Assembly: GCA_020891255.1 (NCBI GenBank) | Contig: BQFW01000009.1 | Span: 806,001-870,000 of the forward strand | DNA: 64,000 bases | Direction: 5' to 3' | Source: Entomortierella parvispora E1425 | Taxonomy: Eukaryota; Fungi; Mortierellomycota | Part shown: positions 35,466-47,878 of the stretch, piece after piece | Numbering within the stretch: the first letter of the stretch is position 1 | Layout: each line of letters begins with the position of its first letter | The notes under the pieces: model-generated | What the model saw: the letters and a program-made list of their open reading frames with translations, nothing else | Told to the model about the DNA's origin: nothing | Database searches by the model: none | Position numbers and translations under genes: made by a program

Positions 35466-35990
35466 ATGTCCGGACTTCTTGCCTTCACCAAGCTCGCCTT
35501 CGCTGCCCCTGCCCGCTTCGCCGTCGGCAACACCATCGCCGCTCGCGGCTACGCCACTAAGAAGCTCTTTGTCGGCAACATTGCTTGGGGCACCACCGAT
35601 GAGGAGGCCAAGGAGTACTTTGGCCAGTTCGGTACCCTCAAGGACGCCTATTTCCCCAAGGACCCTAACGGACGCACCAAGGGATTCGGCTTTATTGAGC
35701 TCGAGGAGGAGGAGGCCGATCGTGCCATCAAGGAGGGCAATGGTGCCGAGCTCAACGGTCGTCAATTGAGAATCGATGCCGCCAACCCCAGAGAGGAGAG
35801 ACCCCGCCGTGAGTTCAACAACAACCGTGAGGGCGGCTTCCGCAGAAACAACAACGGTGGTGACCGTGAGTTCCGTCCCCGTGGTGGTGACCGTGAGTTC
35901 CGTCCCCGCCGTCAGGAGGGTGGTGACCGTGAGTTCCGCCCCCGTCGTGAGGAGGGTGGTTTCCGCCGTGGCGGTGAGAGCAGCGAATAA
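35466..35990 (+). CDS. Single-RRM RNA-binding protein with mitochondrial presequence and Arg/Gly-rich repeat tail
   Basis: Leader MSGLLAFTKLAFAAPARFAVGNTIAARGYAT, RNP2 KLFVGNI, RNP1 KGFGFIEL, and three GGDREFRPR repeats. Intronless with strong codon bias. Confidence 0.9.
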   Translation: MSGLLAFTKLAFAAPARFAVGNTIAARGYATKKLFVGNIAWGTTDEEAKEYFGQFGTLKDAYFPKDPNGRTKGFGFIELEEEEADRAIKEGNGAELNGRQLRIDAANPREERPRREFNNNREGGFRRNNNGGDREFRPRGGDREFRPRRQEGGDREFRPRREEGGFRRGGESSE

Positions 35991-36430
35991 GTATTCAGAC
36001 AACAACCTCCCCCCTTCTTCTGTTTGTTTTTGATTGTTCCTTCTACCTTTTCCCCCTCTCCTTCCCCCCCTACCTTTAGACAACTTTTTTCATATCCTTC
36101 TTTTGTAGTTTTATTCTTGTCCGCACACATTTCATATTCATCCCCACCCCACCCATCATTTTCTTTTAGCAGCTGACATTGACCCAAAGAATAAGATCCT
36201 TGTCATATATCCCCTTCAGTTTGCTATTAACGTCCTGCTTGTTTTCTTGTTCACTATTGTATTTTTATTTTTCTTTGCTTTTGTATGCTCTGAAATCCAT
36301 ATCATTACGAACACTGGAAATAAAAAAGTTCCTTTCAAAAGAAATAGTCAAAGAAAGTTACTGAAGTTAAATGGGTCACAGGACAATTCAATTTTTCATC
36401 GGATGACAAGTCGATGACTGGACAAAATTT

Positions 36431-38030
36431 TTATTCATTGGACGAGTCTTCCCCATAGAACCTGACATTGATCTCTGGCTTCACCTCCTGCAGCCACCTC
36501 CACTTCTCTGCCTCAAAGCTCCCTTCTTCGGGCTCGGGCCGTGGAGTGCCTAAACGGATCTCATGCAAGTCAGGCCAGTGGTCTACCATCCACTCAAGCT
36601 CTGCTTGTCCGATTTCAGGAACCATTTGATAAGGATTGTTCATACACCTGAAAAAGGACAACTTTTTCAGTCTTTTCAACGTCTTCAACCGATCTAATCC
36701 TGAGGCCAGAGAGAAATCAAAGCCAAGATGACTCTTCACTGCCTTGATACCAACGTCGTCGAATCTCAACCTTTTTAGACTCTTCAACGACTTGAACAGG
36801 TCCTTTCCAGAGGCCATTGAAAGATCAAAGCCAGGATGCGTTCTTGTTGACAATCCAGCGAGACTGTCGCAGTGCGAGAATCCCAACTGAATGGACTCCA
36901 GCGCAGTTAGTTGACTCAATCGCTCGTAGATGGCCAAGACATTCGGATGGGGGAATCGAAGGGAGGGGTCCAGATCCTTTTGCTTGTTCGCCCATCGCTC
37001 ACAATCGCCAGCACGCTTGCACCCGTCTCTAATTTCTAGGCAAATAGATTTCAATCCAAGGCAGGCCCAAGGAGTGGACGGACGAATTGAAGAGATGTCC
37101 AGGAGGGAGACAAAATTTCCAAAAGAATTTTTGTTGATAGACAAGTGCTCCAGGCGCGGACAATGGGTCAGGAAGACTTCGATATCGTGAGGCAGGAGAC
37201 GGAACTGGCACAATTCGACAGACTCCAAGGTCGAGTAATGGCGCTGGAGAGCTTTGCTGAGACTGACAGGGAACTGGAAAAAATATAACCCCGTACATGA
37301 AAAGGATCGCAAGTCTTGCAGCCATGGCTGATCATCATCGTCCCCATGCCCAACTGCCTTTCTTTGGGATCTTTTCGTGAGGTGGGGGACCGTAGCAGGC
37401 ACGTCCTCAGAACCAGTCAGGAAGGTGATCATGGCATCGAACCCCCATACCGCTTTGAAGGCAAGGTCCGTGACTCTAGGACAGTTCTTTTTCAAGATTC
37501 GCCTCAGCCCGCCAGTGTCTGCGTCCGCGTCGACATTCACGAGCGAGAATCGCTTCAAATTAGGACACTCTTGAAAGAATCGATCCAAAGCATCCATGAT
37601 AGGAGTTATACTTGTATCCAAAATCATCGTGAATGAAGTCAAGGCTCAGCATCGGCCTATTCTCTTGGGAAAAGAAAAAGGATCGTAGACTACTCTGCAG
37701 CGGCTGTTGCTGTTGCTGGCCTTCGCTGTCCATCTGTCTTTCTTGCACTTCTCCAGCTGGGTTGGTGACAGTCTGCGAGCTCGCTGGGCAAGGAAAGAGC
37801 TTGACCATGGCTTCCATAACCTTCGATCCCTGGGAAAAAAAGTCGGTGACTTTGGGAAAATTCTTTAACAAGAGTCGACTCAATTCGTCAATGTCTGTGT
37901 CATCCTCGATCTTAAGGATCAAGAATCGCCTCAGGTCAGGGCACTCTTCAAGGAATCGATCCAGTGCATCGTTGATAGAGGCTGGGCGTGTACTTATGTT
38001 CAGTGTGAGCGAGGTCAGAGCTCGTCTGCG
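36431..38030 (-). pseudogene. LRR-like C-terminal part of an F-box-family gene with an internal tandem duplication and frame disruption; intact ORF 37627-36431
   Basis: Two successive modules, RALTSLTLN...DALDRFLEECPDLRRF and *ALTSFTMI...DALDRFFQECPNLKRF, lie in different frames. The C-terminus LSQLTALESIQLG...GFDFSLASGLDRLKTLKRLKKL...LEWMVDHWPDL is typical of fungal F-box/LRR expansions. It could instead be a short intact gene. Confidence 0.55.
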
Positions 38031-38559
38031 ATATAAAGCATCATTAGAGCCCGATCATCCAGTCCTAGTCCCTTCTTACTTTGACAGTTTTTATAAGCGA
38101 AGACCTGGCGCTTCTTCATTTTTTTTTTTTTTTTTCATATCCTAGGGGCCCCTGTCTTGGGAGTTTCATTGCTTTTTTCTTTGGAAGCTGAACCTCAAAC
38201 CCGTCAGGCCCATAAAGGGAGATAATGATTTTAGGGTCAATCTTTGATGAGGCCCCACTCTCAAGAATCTTGGCTCTTGCTTGCAGCCAGTAGTAATAAA
38301 GAGGTTTACAACCAGCTCAGTGGTTACAGGGCTACGGCTGCTGGTACCAAGTTCTTGAGACCAAGATTTGATGTTTGAAATGAATTTGGTCGTTTCTCCT
38401 TAAATAGGCATCGAAAGTGGGTCGAAACCTGGAAAGGAAACATGGCCACAAATCTCCCTCTCCCTTGGCGTGTGGTAGTGCTTGTAGATCACGGTCATTA
38501 CCCGGTATTGCCTTTTTTCATGATTTTTTTTTTTTTTTTTTTTTTGTTCAGAAGCGAAT

Positions 38560-39591
38560 TCATTGATGATATCCCCAGAATGTCGGTTTGGGAACATAGA
38601 GCGCACGAAGGTTAGGGATGACGCCTTCCCTCTTCAAAGCTTTGACAAATGATTCGGGATATGGATAGTATCTGCGTGGAGGCAGCTCCAGACACCTGAT
38701 CCGAGGGAACACTAGTCCACCCTCCTCTGGAGACTTTCTGAGTCGGCTCTCGGTCTCCTCAAGGAAGTTGCCCTCCCTTCGGTCGTGCTTCTTCTCTCGA
38801 TCGTCCAAGGTCTGTTCATCTTCTTCTGTCATATGACCCGGTCGCAAAGCAATACAGGGTCTTTCGCCTCCTCTCCATCCTTCAAAGTGGATCGATTCCA
38901 ACGAGGGATGACGATGACCCAGCTCCATGGCCATCTTGAGAGCACCAGGCTGCGTGGACTTGAACACCTCATCCATCGTGATTGTCAAAGATCGTAGCCG
39001 AGTCAAAGACAAGAACGCCTCCAATAACTGGTCGTTAAACCCACGAATACGGACCAGTTGCGAGTCCAGAGAGACCTCTGTCAAACAAGTATTGTAGCGA
39101 AACACGTCCAAAAGAAAGCATTGTACCTCTACTTGAAAGTCGTAATGCTTGTTCCATTCGTATTCTTCAAAGTGCAATTGAAACTTGAAGTGTTGGAGAG
39201 TCCTGCAGGGCTTGTTCTCGCTGTGGTTGTCTATGACGTGGCTGCTGTTGCTATCCAATGCACCCGTCTCTTCCTCTCGTTCCGGCTGTGGGGTCCTATG
39301 CTGAGCCGCCGGTCCGATGAGGAGATCGTAAATGACCGGGCAATCAGGATCGTTGTAGTTCCGCGGGATACCCAAGACGACCGAGAGGTTGCGCAGATGC
39401 GCCAGATTCTTGTCTAGGAGGGGGTTAGGCGGGTTATCGTAAAAGTATTCATATTCTCGCCAGATCAGAGGTCGGAAAACAGGCTCGAAAGTCTTGCAGG
39501 TTAACGAGAGTCGGCAATATTCGCGGTTGCTCAAGTACCTAGCGAGGAGCAAGGCCAGCTCTGGGATATTGATCAAAGCTGTGAGAGACAT
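38560..39591 (-). CDS. F-box domain protein (N-terminal part, possibly truncated)
   Basis: F-box-like start MSLTALINIPELALLLARYLSNREYCRLSLTCKTFEPVFRPLIWRE followed by LRR-like LRSLTI and LESIHF motifs. Stops at 343 aa just before a long homopolymer run. Confidence 0.7.
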   Translation of the reverse strand: MSLTALINIPELALLLARYLSNREYCRLSLTCKTFEPVFRPLIWREYEYFYDNPPNPLLDKNLAHLRNLSVVLGIPRNYNDPDCPVIYDLLIGPAAQHRTPQPEREEETGALDSNSSHVIDNHSENKPCRTLQHFKFQLHFEEYEWNKHYDFQVEVQCFLLDVFRYNTCLTEVSLDSQLVRIRGFNDQLLEAFLSLTRLRSLTITMDEVFKSTQPGALKMAMELGHRHPSLESIHFEGWRGGERPCIALRPGHMTEEDEQTLDDREKKHDRREGNFLEETESRLRKSPEEGGLVFPRIRCLELPPRRYYPYPESFVKALKREGVIPNLRALYVPKPTFWGYHQ

Positions 39592-39940
39592 GGAGGGGAG
39601 GTGCTGATCGAGAAGTGGAAATGATAATAAAAGGAGGGCAAGAAAGGAGAACAAGAATCTGAAAGAGGCGAAGTTAAATAAGAGGAAGATGGCGCTGCGG
39701 GAGTGTTTGCTGGGCCATTGCAAATTGGTGGTTGAGGTGGTCAAACGAAAAAATGGACTCAAAAGGGAAGGTCTTCCATGCTTAGTTACACCACAAAGTG
39801 CTATGCAGAGGTTGGCCTCGAACTTGTTTTTTTTTTTTTTTTTTGTTCTTGCCCTGAAAGGGATGATATTGTACAATCCGATATTTATTTAGTTTGGGAT
39901 ATTGGTCAAAGAATGCAAATGCTTGTCGCCATTGACAAAC

Positions 39941-42900
39941 TTAGAAGACAGAAAGCACGAATGGGCGCTCGCCCTGCTTTGCCTCCAGCTTACTGCTCTC
40001 AGAAATGGAATCACCGACTGCCATACGAATACGTTCAGGCGTAGCAGGCAAAGACAATGAGAAAGAACCAGGGTGGCCGTTCTCCTGGCGGGCATACCAC
40101 AAGGCGTTGCGGATAGCAAAGTAAACTGAAGAGCCCAAGAACAATGGAGGCTCACCCACACCCTTGGACTTGTAAACAGTCTTCACGGACTCGTGAGTCA
40201 CATCCTCAAAGAAGGAGATGTTGAACTCTTGAGGAATGCACTGGAATCCTGGGATCTTGTAGTTACCAGGTCCCTGGGTAAACAGACGACCGTTGGGGAA
40301 GTAGAGCGACTCCTCCGTAGTAGACCAACCCATACCTTGGATGAAAGCACCCTCAATCTGACCGATATCGATGGAGGGATTGATAGACCGTCCAAGATCC
40401 ATGTTGACATCGGATCGGATGACAGTGTGAGATCCAGTCAACAAATCCACCTCAACCTCGGAAACAGCGGCTCCCATGGTAAAGTAGAAGAAGAGCTGAC
40501 CCTTGTTCTCGCCCCACTTGTAGCCGAGATCGGGCACCTTGTAAAATCCATTGGCCGACAAGTTAACACGGTCAAAGTAGGCATGGTGGACAATCTCCTT
40601 CCAGGCGAGACCCTTGGCACGGTAAGGCTCTAAGCGCTCGTTGATCTGGTCGCAAGCGTTCTTGACTGCCATTCCGTTCATGTCAGAGGAGGCAGAAGCG
40701 GCAGTTGGCGAGGCGTTGGCAACCTTATCAGTCGAGGTCTCGACGATGTGAATCATATCCATAGGGATCTGGAGACCCTCAGCGCAGACCTGGATCATCT
40801 TGGTATGCAAACCTTGACCCATCTCCACACCACCATGCGACAAGAGAACCGATCCATCGTGGTAGATGTGCAACATGGCACCAGCCTGGTTGAGATGCAA
40901 GGCCGTGAACGAGATTCCGTACTTGGTGGGGATAAGAGCCATACCACGCTTGCGCCACTTGGACCTCTTGTTGAACTCCTCAACAGCGGCCTTACGAGCA
41001 TCAAAGTTTGACTTTTCCTTGAGTTGGAAGTATCCCTTGGGCAAGTGCCAGTCCTTGAGCTCCTGGTTGAAGTGGGTCAACTGTCCCTCCTTGTAGAAGT
41101 TTATCTCACGGAACTCCTCCTGGGTCATGCCGATGCGCTCGGCAATCTCAGTCATGTAGGTCTCTGCAATCACATTGGCCTGGGGACCACCGAAACCACG
41201 GAAGGCAGTGTTGGAGTGAATGTTGGTGCGGCAGCACTTTCCGACAGCGCGAACGTTGGGAATGAAGTAGACATTGTCGATATGTCCCAAGGCACGCTCC
41301 ATGACGGCAACAGAGAGATCCGAGGACCAACCAGCGTTCAAGTAAAGCTCGGTATCCAAGGCGACCAATTTGTTGTTCTCATCCAAGCCAACCTTCCACT
41401 TGCCCATGAAGGGGTTACGCTGTCCAGAGATGGCCATATCCTCGTTACGGTCCAACATGCAGCGGACGGGCTTCTTTTGGTGGTAGGAAGCAATCGACAT
41501 GATGCAGGACAAGGGGATAGTGCGTGACTCCTTGCCTCCAAATCCACCTCCCAGACGCTTGACCTTGCAAGACACCTTGTTGGCAGCGACACCAAGAACC
41601 GAGGCCACCACAGCCTGAGTTTCGTTAGCGTTCTGAGTAGAGGCATAGATCTCAAACTCGCTCTCGCCCTTGTAATTAACCAGGACAGCCTGGGTCTCGA
41701 GATAGAACTGCTCCTGACCACCCAGACGAGTCTGACCCTCAAAGACCTTGGCGCAGTTGGCAAAGGCAGCATCAACATCACCCTTGACAATCGACTTGAC
41801 CAAAGGGATATAAGAGTCCGCGGCAATGGCCTCATCGATCGTGACAACATGGGGGAGATCAATGTACTCGATCTTGACCTTGCGGGCGGCTTCTTGTGCA
41901 ATGACCTGGGTATCGGCGACAATCACACCAATAATCTGGCCAACACAGTGGACTTCCTCGGAGGCGAAAATCTCCTCGTCGTCAAACATGGCAGCGCCCC
42001 AGACATTGTTGCCTGGAACATCCTTGTGTCCATAGTAAGCCTTGACACCGGGATGAGCCAAGGCAGCGCTGGTATCGATGCTAACAATCTTGGCATGAGC
42101 ACGAGAGGAGAGGACCATGGCGCCGTAAAGCTCGTTGTGAAGCTTGGGCATATCATCTGTGTAGATGGCCTCGCCGGTCACCTGCTTCATAGCAGCAACG
42201 TGGGCAACACTCTTGGAAACAATCTCGGTGGTCGAGTTTTGGATCGTACCCTTGTCACTCTGGGCACCAAAGGAGAGATCGCGATGGATCTCCTGAGTCA
42301 ACAAGCTCAAGTCACCATTCTCGTTCTGGACATTGAGGTTCTTCTGTTCAATGACATCCCACCAGAAGCGAACAAAGAATGACTTGGCCAATGTACGGCG
42401 GTACTCGGGCTGACCACCAGGAGTCGAAATTTCCATGGGGAAATCCTGATCCAAAGCTTCCAAAGCTCCATCCAAGGCCTCCTTGTCACCCCAGATCTTG
42501 CCCTGCAAGAAGGCCTGGGTCTTCTTGGCCTGGCAAGTGAAGGCGGCCATACCACCAAAACCGAATCCTGTCTCAAGAATGGTGTTGTCCGCTGCAAGTT
42601 GAACACGAATGGCGGCCGTGACAATGGCAATATCGTCATCCTTTCTCTTGGCCTGCTTGAATGAGCGAATGTACTCGCCGGGGCGGGTCAAAGGAATGTG
42701 GATCTCGGTCAAAATGTCGGTGGCAGGGTTCAGTGCAGTCTTGCGATATCCAACAAAGAAATCTTTAGCGGGCACAACACGAGCGGTCGAGTCGACGGAC
42801 TGTTCCGAAGACAAGATGCTGAAGGTCGAGTTGGAGGCAACAAAGACGGGGTTCAAATCCGAAATGGGCGAGGCGGTAGCAATGTTACCAGCAACTGAGG

Positions 42901-44421
42901 CAGCGTTACGGATCTGGTTACCAGCAAAGTACTTGATGTTGGCAAGGAAGGCGCGGAGGACATGGGCCTCGTTCTCAGAGACAGTCTCGATGGCCGCCTT
43001 GAGAGCCTTCTGAAAGTTGGCGACAGTAACGTTGGCACCGATGGTAATACCCTCGGGTGTGATGCTAATTCCCTGAAGCTCGCTCACGTCATGGAGATAC
43101 ACAAAAGGAGAGTATTCCATGTACTTGAACTTGGTCTCGACACCAACCTCGGTGTTTCCTCCAAGGAATTTGGCCTGGGGGTAGGCAGCCTTAATCTGCA
43201 AGACCTGAGCGAGGGTGGTGGGGCGGAACCATTGAGCCTTGCGACCCTGGAAATGCAGGGGTTCGGCAGACTTCTTCATCAGTCTAGGGGGGAAAATCAA
43301 CTCTTGCGTGGGGTCATAAGCCTTGAAGAGGACAGAGGGGAAACGGACCGAGCTCTCCTGGGGGATGGTCGAAGGCAGTTCGGGCTTGTCATCCTTGCAG
43401 CAGCCACCGTTGGGACCAGCACCTCCGCAGCATCCTCCAGCCTTCTTGACCGAGGGAGCAGCAAAGGACTTTGCGGCATCCAGAATGGGGCGGTATCCAG
43501 TGCAGCGGCACAAGTTTCCATCAAAGGACTCTTCGACCTCATGCTCGGAGGGGGTCGAGTTGTTACGGAGGAGAGCATAGAGCGACATGGCAATACCGGG
43601 CGTGCAGAAGCCACACTGGGAGCTAATTGATTGGGCACATAGAGAAGGTCAGTTGACTTGAAACCAGACAGATCGGGACCAGATACATGACGACGATTGT
43701 GGGACTTACCCGTAGCAGAGAGCAATGCGCTCTTGGACAGGATGGGGGTTCTTGTGGTCTCCAAGACCCTCGATGGTGATGACATGCTTGCCATCCACGG
43801 AGCAGAGGGGGGTCAAGCAGGCGTTGACATTCAGGTGCCTAGAGACGCAAGGGAGATAACGAGTCAGCAAAAGATACCCAGATCGAGCAGTGCCAGACAA
43901 CAACCGCTGGACAAAGGCACTCACTTGATGTGCTGTGTAGCCTTGTCGTAGGAAGAGACCATGACCGTGCAGGCACCTGTTGAGAACAAAGAGGAGAGGG
44001 GCGAAGCCTGCGTCAGTCTTTGTTGCATTCATACATTTCACCCGCCGCATGTGCTCGCTTTCGGTCTTGGCTTGCAATCGAGGCCACGGACAATGGTTTA
44101 GCGAGTGATGCCTCGGAGAATTGAAATGGACTCAGGGCACATGAGGATGCTCATCAGTCTAGGTCAACCTCGCACATGCACTCATCACCAGCGCCCATTG
44201 GCTCGGCCGAATCAGTTGTTTTTTGCCAGGATTGACCTTAACCCTGTTTACTTACCACAACCACCCTCGGCGCATCCAAGCTTGGATCCAGTGAGTCCGA
44301 TAGAACGAACATACTGAAGGAGGGTTGTGTCGGGATCAGGGTTATTGAGGATGATCTCAGTGCCGTTCAGATAAAAGTGGAGCGTTGTGGAGAAGCCAGA
44401 GAGGTCAAGAGCGGGCGACAT
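39941..44421 (-). CDS. XDH: Xanthine dehydrogenase (2Fe-2S, FAD and molybdopterin domains), 4 exons
   Basis: KLGCAEGGC|[64 protein letters not shown] and KGVGEPPL. Catalytic Glu/Arg positions are XDH-type. Confidence 0.97.
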
Positions 44422-45304
44422 TGTGAAAGAAGTTCAGAGAAGGGGACGTTCAGAAAAGATGGGAGGAATGGAGTCGTTGTAATAAGGTGACACCGAAAGG
44501 AGGGTATAAGTATAGAGGGAACGAAGAGAGAGAAGAGAAGAGAAGAGAGGAGAGAAGAGAAGAGAAGGATGCCAAATACAAACAGGGAGAATGTCCAAAA
44601 GAGTGTGGGTGGACTGAATCTGATATAGAGTGAAGAAAGAAGAGTGAAGAGAGTGAAGAAGAGTGAAGAAGAGTGAAGATGAAAGGAGGGGCCGGAAGAA
44701 GAAGAAAAAAGAAGAAAAGAAGGGGCGCGCGATCACCGTCTGTTATATAAGAAAAAGAAGCAAAAAAAAAAAGTGGATGCCCACGGACGGACAGACGGGC
44801 ACCCACACACCCACACCCACACACACACACACACACACACACATAGACACACACCCACCCACACTACACCCACGCACCCACCCACAGGCCATTCATTCAT
44901 GGCTGCTCATTGATGGCTCTCGTCCCCTTGGTCCGTCGACCAGTGAGGAAGCAAAGGAAGGAAGGAAGGGAAGGCAGAAAGTGTAAAGAGAGTTTTCCGA
45001 GGGTGGCCAGCCAAGCTCAGGAGCGAACAAAGCCAAAATAAATCAGCAAAAGTGGATGTGGGCGGCAGATAGACAGAGCGAGCGAATGTGGGGAAGGCAG
45101 CGGACTGGTTCGTTGCACGCTGTGGAACCAGGCGAGATGGAACCCACTTTTTCACTGGTGGAGTGACCGCCCGCCGATCTGCTGACTGCATCATTTTCAT
45201 TCATTCATTCGTCTCGTGGTGAGACAGGTACCCTTGCTCTATTCTTACATGTTGCCATGTACGCTGGTGCCTCTCTGCCTTTTCTTCGCCGCTCTTATTC
45301 CTTC

Positions 45305-45347
45305 CTTTCCCTTCCCTTCCCTTCCCTTCCCTTCCCTTCCCTTCCCT
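45305..45347. repeat. (TTCCC)n pentanucleotide microsatellite
   Basis: About eight direct copies are visible at the start of line 45301. Confidence 0.85.
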
Positions 45348-46041
45348 CCTTTTTCTTTCCTACTCTTCACTGTCTTCTCTCTTTGATCCGTTGTGTTGTG
45401 TGCTGCTGCCTCGTATAGTGTCTCTCTCCATCAGGAGCACTCCAATTGAAATGGACCATGCATTCGACCCTTGATCTGAGGCCTGGAAGTTGATATCCAA
45501 GGGTCCTTTCAGGTCTACAGTTGTTGTAGCATAGGACACCTGCGTCAACCCAACAAAAACAAACATGCATTACCATACAAAAAACAAAACAACAACAAAC
45601 GGAAGAGAGCCTTGATCTCGGCATGTCTTTTTTTTTCCGTCGGTTTTGTATAAAAGGCAATGGGTTCCCCCCACCCCCGCCTCCGCCTTTTTCACATTTT
45701 GCTTTGGTGGAACCCAGTAAGAAGAAAGAAAAAAGTTCCTGCGAATGTAATTGCGAAGCGTCCAATCCTTCAAATAGGGTAATTAAGGTTCCGAAGCGTT
45801 ACACAAAGGTGCCACAGGTCCGGCCGCTTCCTTCTTTTTGCAGTGGAACTCACCAAGCCCCGCATTCCAAAACTCAAATCGTCAACAATCTTGCCCTGAA
45901 AAACAACCATCATGACAGTGCGCACGCAAACATCCAAAGTGAAGACGTTATGTAAATCGAGTGCATTGCTTGGTGAAAAGTGCTCTTCGACCTCCCATCA
46001 GTTGGCTCTTTTGTTTTTTCCCTTGCTGTATTGTTGATCCT

Positions 46042-47315
46042 CTATTTCTTTCTTTTCCTTGCATCCCTAGCGTCCTTTGACCGTCGCGCCAATCGATCTG
46101 CATGCTGACCAATGATATCATACTAGGAACAGAGGGATGGGAAATATGGGTTAGCTATCCCCACGTTGCTGTTTTTGTCGCCAATCATCTTGATCCAGAT
46201 CTCAAACACCCCGCATTTTGGGCATTCAGATAATATCGACAAACACCCAGAAACAAAAATAACACAAGGACGTCGGGAGGAAGAATCCAGGCAATGCGAG
46301 TTTGCTCTTCCGTGTATGAGCGCCCCATGTGTCTACAGCCCGTCAAGTCGAAAAATGTCCGGGAATTTAAGAGCTGGATATGACGATCTCGCCCATTATC
46401 CACAGCGTGCTGATTGATCCCCGCTGAGAAACAGCTCCGAGACGTGTGACGCCAAATGCCCTAGTAAAAGTAGGTGCCCTTACCAGACTGGCATTCCTCC
46501 TCGAAGCCAGCTATGAAATAAATGAAAAGACATGCTCATGTCAGTACAACCGGCTAAGGGCGAACTGAATATATTTGACCTCCTTAATGAATCCTCGAGT
46601 TCTCACTGTATCCAGTGCAAATGAGTTCGTACCTTAACATCATCCACATTGATGGTGGACCTCTTGGCGTGCCTGTTATGAGAAAAATATAATTTTGTGA
46701 ATCTTTGATTCCATGATTTAACTCCAAGCGGAGGAAATTGAGGCCAGTGGTGCCCACTTCACATCTCTTCCCTTGCAGCCCCTATGCCCCCATTCTTTTG
46801 TAATGTTGCTCATCCAGCCTGGCATACCTTGCAAAAAGCTCCAGATCTTTTCCCAGTGTTTCTATCCGAGCAGGAAAATCATGTAGTCAGCTTGTCAATC
46901 TCAAGGTCAGTGCTCGATCACAAGCGTGTACGTTACTCCTCACCAACCCTGATCATTACCTGCTTGATTAAACACAATCTCTGCCAGCGACGCCACAAGT
47001 TGGGGTGTTATGACCACGTTCAGGTCGGCCTCTAAGTGTTGAAATAGGAAAAAATATGAGGATGTCTTCGCCGTACAATCCCCTTCCATGTATGTCCTGG
47101 TCCTGACTGTCTGCTCTTCCAGCTCTGTAACGTACTTTGATTCTCGCATATCTCGCCAACCATGAACCAGATTGCAGCCTTGAGTCTCTACGCGTGCGAA
47201 ATGGTGGCAAAAACAAGTCAATTATAATCATTCTTGTGGAAGCAAAGCATTGCACCTTGAATGCTCTAAAAGCAGCAGAGCATACCTCCCGTGGTCCTTC
47301 CTCTGTATCGCTCAT
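46042..47315 (-). CDS. MHF1: CENP-S / MHF1 histone-fold protein (111 aa, 7 exons)
   Basis: Hand-spliced: MSDTEEGPRE|RLKAAIWFMVGEICENQ|KADLNVVITPQLVASLAEIVFNQA|ETLGKDLELFA|RHAKRSTINVDDVK|LASRRNASL|YDIIGQHADRLARRSKDARDARKRKK. All junctions are GT-AG; the signature is KDLELFARHAKRSTINVDDV. Confidence 0.92.
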
Positions 47316-47740
47316 CCTGGCATGGGGTGTAGTAAATGAAATGGGCAGTGAACAATGCAATGCTTCCCCTCCTCGAGTCCATGTGGAGTTCAGAATCGCG
47401 TCTGATTAAGGGGTGCTCAGCTCGGCTTTTTTTTTTTTTTTTTTTTTTTTTTGGCAATGGTCATGCTCGCTACCAACCTTTCCCTACAGCGCCGTAAAAA
47501 ATACTGCAAGTTCAGATTTTTATTTGCGAAATTGGAAACCAAAGATGTGAAAAGTGCAATTTCAGACTATACATCCTGAGGACTATCGCTTCCATGAAAT
47601 GTCGTCCAGGTCTCAAGGTCCTGAAATTGAGTGAAAATGTCCTGGTTGCCGCGTGCGGACCAAATTACAGGAAAAATGAGGAGCAGTTGAACTTGAAAGA
47701 AAACCCAAAAAGCGAAAGAAAGAAAAAAAAAAAAAAAAAA

Positions 47741-47790
47741 GGGTTTATCTATTTGACAACCCAGGTTGTTCGTTTTACCTGACAACCCAC
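47741..47790 (+). repeat. Left terminal inverted repeat of the MULE
   Basis: 46/50 identity to the reverse complement of the right TIR. The TGACAACCCA motif recurs at about 47754, 47780 and 47846, with a degenerate copy at about 47821. Confidence 0.93.
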
Positions 47791-47878
47791 TCTATATTTG
47801 GTTAGTCTCGTTTTTTATTCGGCAACCCACCTGTCATTCCTCAATTGACAACCCAGGTTGCCAAACAAACGTTTATTT

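Noticed and set aside
38260-38360. Imperfect inverted repeat between the F-box and LRR ORFs as a possible MITE
   Set aside because: The arms are short and gapped and I found no TSD; not enough to call an element.
40193-43794. Long plus-strand and alternate-frame ORFs over the XDH gene (similar ones over MRT4, RRM and the surface proteins)
   Set aside because: These are shadow ORFs caused by strong codon bias of the real gene.
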